A stretch of 64,000 nucleotides of DNA from assembly GCA_016871615.1 (NCBI GenBank), contig VHCX01000003.1, positions 30,189 to 94,188 of the forward strand. Reading direction: 5' to 3'. The first letter of the stretch is position 1, and each line of letters begins with the position of its first letter. This document shows positions 51,748 to 59,883 of the stretch, in pieces. Origin of the DNA: Verrucomicrobiota bacterium (lineage in GTDB: Bacteria; Verrucomicrobiota; Verrucomicrobiia; Limisphaerales; UBA9464). The position numbers and the translations under genes are program-made. The notes beneath the pieces were generated by a model. It had not been told where the DNA came from. It saw nothing but the letters and a program-made list of their open reading frames with translations, and made no database searches.

Positions 51748-54700
51748 TCAGCGGTAGACCGCCGGCTCCGCGCCCAGGGTGCCCATCAGCTCGGCCAGGC
51801 GCTGGTCGGAGCGGCTGCGGTCCAGCTGGACGCGGGCGTAGGCCCGTCGCCCATGAAGGCCCAGCCTGGCCGCCTCCCGGGCGTACTCCGGCCGGCCCAG
51901 CAGACGCTCGATGTAGGTGGCGACCCGGTTCCAGTGCCGCACCTCCAGCTCGCGCCGCATGCCCAGACGGGCCTGGTACCAGTCGCTCTTGAGCACGCTC
52001 TCCCGGCGGAACATGGCCCGGAAGGCCGGGTCCCCGAGGTCCATGCCTTCGTGGGACCCGTCGCGCATGATGTGCAGCAGGGCCCGGATCGGGGGCACCG
52101 CCTGGGCGACGGAGCCGTCGTCGAAATAATGCTGGGCCACCCTCCGGTGGGTCGCGGCGATGTTGTCCACCGAGTCGGCGTATTGCCCGGGGTCCTGCAG
52201 CTCGGGCCTGAGCATCGGCTCGGACAGGACCGCGTGGGGGTGGTTGAACATCCGGCCTAGGAAGTCGTTGACGAACTTGGGCGTCACGCGCCACCCGAGG
52301 CGGCTGGCGGGGACCGTCCGGCCCTCGTGCGTGAAGTCGACGACGCGTTCGAGGTAGCCGCGGGCGATGAGGAAGGCCGGATCGCGCTCGGCGACCCCCA
52401 TGCGGCACCACAGCTCGGGGACCAGCAGGCTGATGTCGTGGTCGACGCGGGTGCGCGGGCCGAGGTACCCGGCGCTGGTCAGGAACACCGGACTCTCCGA
52501 GACGGCGAAGCTCACGAAGGTGGCGTTGAGATCGTACACCGGGGGCAGCGCGTTGAAGGGGCCCTTGGTGAGCGCGCCCTCGCTGCCGGCGCCCGTCGTC
52601 GACGGCGACTTGCCCGTCATGCTGGAGATGAACTCCATGAACGCCTCGGGCAACTCCATGTGGTGGATCGGGCCGTAGCAGGCCAGGGGCCGCACCCCGG
52701 GCTCGGCCGGGTTGTTGCGGCGCCCGGCCAGGACCGCATGCACGGGCGTGTACACAGGTCGATCCCCCGGCAGCCTGCGGGCCAGCCGCGCCGAGGTCTC
52801 GGCCAGGTGCCGCCCCAGGTCGTCGACCAGGTCGGGCCGGACCTGCAGGTACCTGGGGTTCTTCGAGGGCTTTCCGTCGACAACCCGCGGGTGCGAGGTG
52901 GCGACGATCCACCCGGGCGACCCGTCGCCCGGCGTCGAGGCGGCGGCCTCCTCGATGAGGCGCCGCATGGGCGGCGTGTACTGCTGCAGGGCGATCGCGT
53001 CGTCCACGATCTCCTTGGCCTGGGTGCGGGACAGGGGCTCGTAGTTGCAGAAGAAGCTCCCGCCCGCGGCGAAGTCGGCCTCGGCGGCCTTGTCGTAGCC
53101 GCGGTGGATCGCGTCGTCGGGCCGCTGGAACAGCCGGAATTCGGTGTTCTGCACGAACTTGAGCGACGGCTGCACGCTCTGGGGGTCGAGCCCGTCGAGC
53201 TGGCTCCTCGGCACGGTGACGCTCGCGGTGATGTCATCCTCCATCTGCAGCTTGAACGCGGGGAGGAAGTCCTTGCGCAGCCCGAAGGTCCGCCAAGCGC
53301 CGTCCTCGTCGTAGCCCACGCGCAGGAACTGCGTGACGAGGCGCTTGCGCCCCAGCCGCAGCTCGTTGGCGGGCGTGCCGTTGATCACGTCCACGCTGAA
53401 GCGCGGGCGCCAGTCGTCCCCCCAGGAGGGCTGCCAGAACCGCTTCACCACGAGGACCAGCTCCCGGATGTGGGCGGGCACCGAGGCGATCCACGCGTTG
53501 TGCTCGTCGGAGAAGTCGCCGCTCGGGGTCAGCAGCTTGATGACGGACCCGAGGGTCCGCCGCGGACTGAGGATCGGCCGCACGTCCTGGCCGTTGCGCG
53601 CGGGATCGCGGAATCGGCCCGAGAAGTCCCGGGCGAGGATCGCGGCCACGCGGTCGAAGTCGCGGTTCAGGTCGGCCACGAACACCGAACCGAAGAGGAT
53701 GGCGTCGGTGATGGGCTTGGAGATCTCGCTCTTGCCGCCGCCCGACACGGTGCAGGGCTTGTGGCAGAGGGTGCCCTCGGGCCGGGTGCCGACCAGGCGC
53801 CAGGCCCGTCCGGCCATCGCCGGCGGCTCGAGGGTGACCCGGAAGCCGCTCGGCAGGAGGTAGTGGTGGTCGCGGCGCAGGCGGATGGAACGGGCCTGGC
53901 CGGCATCGTCCCAGCGCACCGTGAGCGACTCGATGTCGAAGCGGGCCGTCTCGGGCACGTAGACCACCTGCGGGCAACGGCGGTCGACGGCATGGCCCTC
54001 GGGCTGGAGATCGATGGCCCCTGGCATCAGGCGGGCCACCTCCGAGAAGCTGTACGGGAAGTCCGCCCGGTGCTGCAGCGCATCGTACTCGCTGCCGAGA
54101 TCATGGCGGGCGAAGACCAGCGCCCCTCCGGCATGCTCCTCCTCGACGAGGCCGAAGAGGTTGGCCGCGAAGCTGATCTGGGTCTTCACCTCCTTCTTGC
54201 AGTAGCCGAAGTAGTTGTCGGAGATCAGCGTGACGACGACCCCGGAGGCGTCGCGGGCGGTGAGCTTGAAGGCATTGCCGTCGTTGTAGAGCTCGCGCGG
54301 GTCCGTCCAGCACATGCCGTCGCGCCGCTGCCGCACGGTGGCCTCGTCGCGGTGCGGCAGGCCGACCTCCTTCTTGGTCAGGCCGTTGAGATGGGGGGCG
54401 AGGATGACGCACCCGGTGTGGCCGCTCCAGTGCTCGGCGTCGAGGCCGGCATCGTTCTCCGGCAGCAACGGATCGCCGGCGTTGCCGAAGATGCTCTCCA
54501 CGAAGTCGAGGTTGGCCACGAGGGACCCGGGCACGAAAAACCGGATCTCCATGCGCTTCTCGGGGGTGACACCGGGGACCTCCGGGCACACCACCGGACG
54601 GATCAGGAGCGACACCATGCAGGCCGCCGGATCGGCGCCCGAGGCGGTGAAGGGCAACCGGAGCAGGTCCTCCGGCGGCTGAAGGGCCCGGGCCAGCAGG

Positions 54701-55188
54701 TCGGCGAACACCGCCTTCGGCACACCCTTCTTGTCGTCGGGGATGGGCAACCCGCCCTCGGTGACGTGGAAGATGCCGGCGGTGGTCCGCCGGTCGGCCT
54801 TGGGATTGTGGAGGATGCCGTTGCGCAGGCGGTAGCTGCGGAGCATCGGCGAGGCGACCTCGTCGCGGTCCGGGGGCAGGGACAACCGACGGGCCAGCCC
54901 GTACTGGTCGAGCACGAAGGTGTCCTTCGGCAACTCCCCGGGCACGGCGACCTCCGAGAGGTAGTCGTGCAGGAAGTTGTTGATGCGGCGATCGGCAGGG
55001 CTGGCGTAGCGGGCCAGCAGGCGGTCCTTCTCGCGACCCTGCGCGATGAAGCTTTCCAGCAGCGGATCCAGGGTCCGGTCCTGGCCCGGGAGCGGCACTC
55101 CGCGGAGGCCCAGTTCGGCCAGCCTGAGATTGATGTGCCGGTGGAGTTCGGTCGGATCGGGAGGCTGGAGTCCGATGGAATGGTTCAT
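51748..55188 (-). CDS. Large (1,146 aa) conserved-looking protein of unassigned family; tentatively PPi-type phosphoenolpyruvate carboxykinase-like
   Basis: Single uninterrupted ORF with a balanced, enzyme-like amino-acid composition (unlike the antisense 1,257-aa shadow ORF). It has a P-loop-like CTVSGGGKSEISK and no TM or signal segment. The functional guess rests only on size and my recollection of the roughly 130-kDa PPi-PEPCK family. Confidence 0.85.
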   Translation of the reverse strand: MNHSIGLQPPDPTELHRHINLRLAELGLRGVPLPGQDRTLDPLLESFIAQGREKDRLLARYASPADRRINNFLHDYLSEVAVPGELPKDTFVLDQYGLARRLSLPPDRDEVASPMLRSYRLRNGILHNPKADRRTTAGIFHVTEGGLPIPDDKKGVPKAVFADLLARALQPPEDLLRLPFTASGADPAACMVSLLIRPVVCPEVPGVTPEKRMEIRFFVPGSLVANLDFVESIFGNAGDPLLPENDAGLDAEHWSGHTGCVILAPHLNGLTKKEVGLPHRDEATVRQRRDGMCWTDPRELYNDGNAFKLTARDASGVVVTLISDNYFGYCKKEVKTQISFAANLFGLVEEEHAGGALVFARHDLGSEYDALQHRADFPYSFSEVARLMPGAIDLQPEGHAVDRRCPQVVYVPETARFDIESLTVRWDDAGQARSIRLRRDHHYLLPSGFRVTLEPPAMAGRAWRLVGTRPEGTLCHKPCTVSGGGKSEISKPITDAILFGSVFVADLNRDFDRVAAILARDFSGRFRDPARNGQDVRPILSPRRTLGSVIKLLTPSGDFSDEHNAWIASVPAHIRELVLVVKRFWQPSWGDDWRPRFSVDVINGTPANELRLGRKRLVTQFLRVGYDEDGAWRTFGLRKDFLPAFKLQMEDDITASVTVPRSQLDGLDPQSVQPSLKFVQNTEFRLFQRPDDAIHRGYDKAAEADFAAGGSFFCNYEPLSRTQAKEIVDDAIALQQYTPPMRRLIEEAAASTPGDGSPGWIVATSHPRVVDGKPSKNPRYLQVRPDLVDDLGRHLAETSARLARRLPGDRPVYTPVHAVLAGRRNNPAEPGVRPLACYGPIHHMELPEAFMEFISSMTGKSPSTTGAGSEGALTKGPFNALPPVYDLNATFVSFAVSESPVFLTSAGYLGPRTRVDHDISLLVPELWCRMGVAERDPAFLIARGYLERVVDFTHEGRTVPASRLGWRVTPKFVNDFLGRMFNHPHAVLSEPMLRPELQDPGQYADSVDNIAATHRRVAQHYFDDGSVAQAVPPIRALLHIMRDGSHEGMDLGDPAFRAMFRRESVLKSDWYQARLGMRRELEVRHWNRVATYIERLLGRPEYAREAARLGLHGRRAYARVQLDRSRSDQRLAELMGTLGAEPAVYR

Positions 55189-55308
55189 GTCCTGGGGAAG
55201 ACGGGTCTGGGTTGGCCGCCCCTCGGAACATCCACCCGATCCGCACCCGGTTCAAGCCCGGGGAGAACCCACGGCGAGGGCGCGGCGGCGGCGGGGCCGG
55301 CCAGGCGG

Positions 55309-56079
55309 TCAGGGAATCCCGTCGGACTCGTTCTGGCGCGACCCCGGGGAGGACTCGAGGTCGAGGAAATGCGCGCTGGCCTCGCCCGGGTCCAGGCTCC
55401 ATCGCCGTGCCAGGAGCGCCACGCGGTCGGTGTTCTGCTGCTCGGCCGGTCCACCCCGGACGGCACCGGCCTCGATGACCTCCCCGTACTCGCGGCAGAC
55501 GAGCCCCAGGAGGCGCTCGTCCAGGGACCGTTCGCCCTGGTTCCACAACGTCTCGCCCGCCCAGGCATAGGCCCGGACCACCACCCCGTCGCGCCACCAC
55601 GCCCAGGCGTGGTGGTGCAGCACCCGGTCCGCGGCGAAGAACTGCACCTCTCCCAGGGCCCGGCTGACCTTCCCGAGGAACCGGAACAGGTGGTCGATGT
55701 CGCAGCCCGGGTCGGGCAGCGCGGCTCCGATGACCAGCGTCCATCCCCGGCAGGGCGGCGAGACGAAGAAGGCGCGCTCGCGGGCCCGGACCAGCGCCTC
55801 GGACCACGGCGTGAAGTCGCCCACGGGAGAGCCGAGGACCTCGCGGAGCAGCGCGGTGTTGGAGCTGTGGACGGCCATCCAACGCACGGGCATCGGCAGC
55901 GCCATCGGCACGCGGCCCGCGGCCACCAGGGGTCCGAGGGGATCGGTCCATCGCTGGGACCGCCGCAGGAGCCGCAGGTGACGACGGTAGAGCGTGGCAA
56001 ACACTATGGCGATGCCGACGACCATCCCGAAGCTGACCAGCAGCCCCAGCGCCAGACCGTGCATGACCGTTGGGTTCAT
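55309..56079 (-). CDS. Hypothetical N-terminally membrane-anchored protein
   Basis: From ATG 56079: MNPTVMHGLALGLLVSFGMVVGIAIVFATLY (one TM), then a roughly 220-aa Trp-rich soluble domain (GWTLVIG, HHHAWAWWRDGVVVRAYAWAGETLW). No recognisable family. Same strand as the 1,146-aa ORF and 120 nt upstream of it. Confidence 0.6.
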   Translation of the reverse strand: MNPTVMHGLALGLLVSFGMVVGIAIVFATLYRRHLRLLRRSQRWTDPLGPLVAAGRVPMALPMPVRWMAVHSSNTALLREVLGSPVGDFTPWSEALVRARERAFFVSPPCRGWTLVIGAALPDPGCDIDHLFRFLGKVSRALGEVQFFAADRVLHHHAWAWWRDGVVVRAYAWAGETLWNQGERSLDERLLGLVCREYGEVIEAGAVRGGPAEQQNTDRVALLARRWSLDPGEASAHFLDLESSPGSRQNESDGIP

Positions 56080-56218
56080 CGGATCGTCCACTCCCCTTGA
56101 GCTTGCCCACAGCAAACACCTCGCGCGGCGTTTGGCAACCGCGTTCTGCCCCCGGCTCCGGACCGGCACCGGACCAGCCCATTCCCCTCCCGCGCGACCC
56201 GGACCCGCACCCCGGCGG

Positions 56219-58084
56219 TCAGGGCCTCGGGGGCCGGACCCGCCGGAACGGGGCGCGGCGGAGATCGCGGACGGCGGCCTGGACCCGCCACCCGGTCGCC
56301 TCGAGGGCGGATCGGGCGACCTCGGCGGCCACGCCGGTCAACTCGCCGACGATCCTCACCGCGCGGTCGCGCAGCTTCAGGTTCGAGGGGTTGAGGTCGA
56401 CCATCAGGTTCTCCTCGACCTTGCCCAACCGGACCATCGCCAGGGTGGTGATGAGGTTGAGGACGAGCTTGGTGGCGGTACCCGCCTTGAGCCGGGTGGA
56501 CCCGGTCAGCACCTCGGGGCCGACGTCGATGGCCAGGACGGTCCCCGGACGCAGCCCCCGGGGGAACCGGAGGTTCGGGTTGAAGCACAGCAGCGCGGTG
56601 GTGGCGCCGGCCTCCCGGGCCGCTGCCAGCGCTCCCCAGACGAAGGGCGTGCGGCCGGATGCGGCGATGCCCAGCACCAGGTCGCGCCGGGACACCTTGC
56701 GTCCCACCAGCGCCGCGTGGCCGGCGCCGGCGTCGTCCTCGGCCCCCTCGACGGCGGAGTGCAGGGCCTTCTCGCCGCCCGCCAGGATGCCCTGCACCCA
56801 CTCCGGGGGCGTCCTGAAGGTGGGAGGACACTCGCTGGCGTCCAGCACGCCGAGGCGGCCGCTGGTGCCCGCCCCGACGTAGAGAAGCCGCCCCCCGTCC
56901 CCAAGGGTCCGCCCGACCTGCCGGATCAGCCGGGCCAGCGCCGACCGGTGCCGAGCGATCGCCGGCGGCACCCCGGCCTCCTCGGACAGCATCAGGTCGA
57001 TGGCGGCCGGGATGCCCATCCGGTCGAGGTGCCGCGAGCCCGGGTTGCGCGCCTCCGTCGGGGAGGGCCCGGTCGGCTCGGGACGCGGCATCGCCCGCGG
57101 CGCGGGCTGACGGGTCGACGGGGCCGCCGCGGCGGCGGTGTCCGGCAGATCTCCCGACGCCAGCGCCTGCTCCGCAAGGACCACGGCCCCCCACGCCGAT
57201 TCGCGATGCAGGGGACGGACAACCGCCCCGGGGCGCGAGGCCCGGAGCGCGGACTCCACATGGGGCAGCCACCGCGGCTGGCGAAGGAAGACGCTGCCGG
57301 CCAGCACGAACTCGAGCCGGGCCCGCCGCGTCGGGTCGAGACGGTCGGCACAGACGCCCGCCAGGTCGACCAGTTCGCCCAGGCATCGCTCGACGACCGC
57401 ACGGGCGCGGTCGTCCCCGGCCGCCGCGGCGGCGAAGACCTCCGGGGCCAGGGCGGCGACCTCGCGCTTGGAGGCCGCCTGCAGCCAGGCGACCCAGGCC
57501 TCGGGATCCGCCGTGGCGGTGGCCTTGAGCAGGCGCCGGGCAAGGGGCCCGGTGCGCCCGGTGTGTTCGAGGTGGGCGATGGCCTCGCGCAGGCCGGCGT
57601 AGCCGATGGCGTAGCCGCTGCCCTGGTCGCCCAGCTGATGTCCCCAGCCGCCGGCCTTGGCGGTCCGCCCGCGGAGGTCCCGGCCGAAGCAGCAGGACCC
57701 GGTGCCGCTGAGCAGGATCACCCGCGCGTCGGAGGGTTCCGACGCATCCAGCGAGGCGGCCTCCAGCGCGCTGACCAGGTCGTGGTCCACCCGGACCGGC
57801 ACCCCGGGCCAGACCCGGGCCACCACGGACCGAAGGCGCCGGCGATCCTCCTCGGTGCGGACCCCGGCCATGCCGACCCCGACGGCCGCGGGCCCCGGCA
57901 GGCGCGACCTCAGGTCCTCGAAGTGCGCCTCCAGGTTCGCGTCGGAGACCAGGCGGAGATTGGCGGCACCGGTCTCGATGCGCACCGGCGACCCGTGCCG
58001 GCCGGGCTCGGCCGCCAGCGCGACAGAGCGCGTCCCCCCGCATTCGATGCCGATCACCGTCGTGCCGCCGCTCCGGGCCTTCAT
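56219..58084 (-). CDS. murQ: Fusion protein: BadF/BadG/BcrA/BcrD-type sugar kinase (MurK/NagK-like) + N-acetylmuramic acid 6-phosphate etherase (MurQ)
   Basis: From ATG 58084. N-terminal half: VIGIECGGTRS, LLSGTGSCCFG, GGWGHQLGDQGSGYAIG (ASKHA/BadF kinase motifs). A Pro/Ala linker follows. C-terminal half: TEARNPGSRHLD, LLYVGAGTSGRLGVLDASECPPTF, EGAEDD, GIAASGRTPF, TGSTRLKAGTATK (MurQ SIS domain). Confidence 0.87.
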   Translation of the reverse strand: MKARSGGTTVIGIECGGTRSVALAAEPGRHGSPVRIETGAANLRLVSDANLEAHFEDLRSRLPGPAAVGVGMAGVRTEEDRRRLRSVVARVWPGVPVRVDHDLVSALEAASLDASEPSDARVILLSGTGSCCFGRDLRGRTAKAGGWGHQLGDQGSGYAIGYAGLREAIAHLEHTGRTGPLARRLLKATATADPEAWVAWLQAASKREVAALAPEVFAAAAAGDDRARAVVERCLGELVDLAGVCADRLDPTRRARLEFVLAGSVFLRQPRWLPHVESALRASRPGAVVRPLHRESAWGAVVLAEQALASGDLPDTAAAAAPSTRQPAPRAMPRPEPTGPSPTEARNPGSRHLDRMGIPAAIDLMLSEEAGVPPAIARHRSALARLIRQVGRTLGDGGRLLYVGAGTSGRLGVLDASECPPTFRTPPEWVQGILAGGEKALHSAVEGAEDDAGAGHAALVGRKVSRRDLVLGIAASGRTPFVWGALAAAREAGATTALLCFNPNLRFPRGLRPGTVLAIDVGPEVLTGSTRLKAGTATKLVLNLITTLAMVRLGKVEENLMVDLNPSNLKLRDRAVRIVGELTGVAAEVARSALEATGWRVQAAVRDLRRAPFRRVRPPRP

Positions 58085-58245
58085 GCGCCGATTGGAAGGT
58101 CTTCGGGCCCGGGTAACAACGCGCAAAGCGCCCGGGCGCCCCGGGGAGCACCGGCCCGGTGTCCGCTCCGGTGTTGGCAAGCGAAGCCCCCGGGAACAGC
58201 CTTCCCCCCGTGAAGAAGACCTCGCAGGCCCCCCGGGAGCTGCCC

Positions 58246-59217
58246 ATGTCGCGGCCGCCGCTCGAACGCATGATGCGGATCCACACCGCCATCGGCTCGG
58301 GCCGACATCCCAACGCCTCGTCGCTGGCCCGGGAGTTCGAGGTCAGCACCAAGACCATCCAGCGCGACATCGACTTCATGCGTGACCGGATGGGTCTGCC
58401 GATCGACTACGACCCCCAGCGGTTCGGGTTCCGGTACACCGAACCCGTCGACGCCTTCCCCACGCTCCAGATCACGGAGGGGGAACTCTTCGCGCTGGTG
58501 GTCGCCGAGAAGGCCCTGCAGCAGTACCGGGGCACCCCGTTCGAGAAGCGCCTGCTGACCGCCTTCAAGAAGCTGGAGCGATCCCTGCCGGACACGGTGT
58601 CGCTCAACCTCGCCGAGTGGACCCAGAGCATCTCGTTCCGCACCACGGCCGAACCCAACGTCGACCTCGGCATCATCGACCGGCTGGCGCAGGCCGCCTC
58701 CGAGGGCCGCACGCTGCGCCTGACCTACCGGAAGCCCGGGGCGGCCACCGAGGAGCGCACCGTCGATCCCTACCACATCGGCAACGTCAACGGCGACTGG
58801 TACCTCTTCGCCCACGACCACCTGCGCAAGGCCATCCGCACCTTCGTGCCGTCGCGCATCCTCGAGGCGATCCCGACCGGCAGGACCTTCCAGCGCCCGG
58901 CGAAGTTCGCCCTCGAGCGGCACCTGCGCGACAGCTTCGGCGTCTATTCCCGCCGAGGCGACTTCGAGGTGCGCATCCGATTCACCCGCGCCGTGGCGGA
59001 CTACATCCGCGAGAAGCGCTGGCATGCCTCGCAAAGCCTGGTCGACCTGCCGGACCAGGGGGTCGAGCTGAACCTCAGGCTCGGGAGCCTCGAGGAGATC
59101 AGCCGCTGGATCCTCGGCTGGGGCGCCGAGGCCACGGTGCTGGCGCCGCCCGATCTGGCCGACCTGGTGCGCGACACCGCCGAGGCGCTGGTGAAGAACT
59201 ATCCCCGGCGTTCGTGA
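58246..59217 (+). CDS. WYL-domain transcriptional regulator (HTH-WYL-WCX architecture)
   Basis: From ATG 58246: N-terminal HTH (ASSLAREFEVSTKTIQRDIDFMRD), a WYL domain (RTVDPYHIGNVNGDWYLFAHD) and a C-terminal WCX-like domain (ISRWILGWGAEATVLAP). Confidence 0.85.
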   Translation: MSRPPLERMMRIHTAIGSGRHPNASSLAREFEVSTKTIQRDIDFMRDRMGLPIDYDPQRFGFRYTEPVDAFPTLQITEGELFALVVAEKALQQYRGTPFEKRLLTAFKKLERSLPDTVSLNLAEWTQSISFRTTAEPNVDLGIIDRLAQAASEGRTLRLTYRKPGAATEERTVDPYHIGNVNGDWYLFAHDHLRKAIRTFVPSRILEAIPTGRTFQRPAKFALERHLRDSFGVYSRRGDFEVRIRFTRAVADYIREKRWHASQSLVDLPDQGVELNLRLGSLEEISRWILGWGAEATVLAPPDLADLVRDTAEALVKNYPRRS

Positions 59218-59244
59218 GCCCCGTGCGCAGGCTCCCTGCGGCGA

Positions 59245-59883
59245 TCAGGGCACGGGTCGGCGGAGCCGTTCCTTTTCGGCGTCGGCGGCCCGCCAGAGAT
59301 ACCAGGCCGCGGTCGTCCGGAATGGCCGCCAGCACTCCCCGAAGGCCAGCAGTTCCCCGGGCCGCGGCTGCACATCGTGCCCGTAGGTCACCCGGAACCC
59401 CTCCCGGACCCCGAAGTCGTCGACGGGAAGCACATCCGGGCGCCCCAGCTTGAAGATCAGGAGCATCTCGACGGTCCAGCGCCCCACCCCGCGGCAGGCG
59501 CACAGGCGCCCGATGATCTCCTCGTCGGAAAGCGACCGGATCGCGCGCGACGAGGGAATGGTCCCGTCGAGGGACCTGGCCGCGATGTCCCTCAGGGCCG
59601 CGACCTTGGCCGTGGAGAATCCGAAGGACCTCAGGTCCCCGTCGGCCAGGCCCAGGAGATCCTCCGGCCGCGGGAAACGGCGCCGCGGGAAACGGCCCAG
59701 GAACCGCCCCAGGATCGTCTCGGCGGCCTTGCCATGGAGCTGCTGATGGGCCACGGCGCGGACCAACGATTCGAACGGGGTCCGGCCGGGGTCCGGCTCC
59801 AGCGCACACGGACCGATCCGCCGGATGAGACGCCCCATCACGGGATCGGCGGAGCCAAGATGCCTCAGGGCCTCCGGGGTCAT
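59245..59883 (-). CDS. DNA-3-methyladenine glycosylase II-like (HhH-GPD superfamily, AlkA type)
   Basis: From ATG 59883: FESLVRAVAHQQL, HhH motif LCACRGVGRWTVEMLLIF, catalytic-Asp region LPVDDFGVREG. The upstream part of the 482-aa track ORF was rejected. Confidence 0.85.
   Translation of the reverse strand: MTPEALRHLGSADPVMGRLIRRIGPCALEPDPGRTPFESLVRAVAHQQLHGKAAETILGRFLGRFPRRRFPRPEDLLGLADGDLRSFGFSTAKVAALRDIAARSLDGTIPSSRAIRSLSDEEIIGRLCACRGVGRWTVEMLLIFKLGRPDVLPVDDFGVREGFRVTYGHDVQPRPGELLAFGECWRPFRTTAAWYLWRAADAEKERLRRPVP

Noticed and set aside
55994-58379. 739-aa plus-strand ORF (55994-58213) and 767-aa minus-strand ORF (56076-58379)
   Set aside because: These are alternative frames or the opposite strand of the murK-murQ fusion, whose frame carries unmistakable ASKHA and MurQ SIS motifs.
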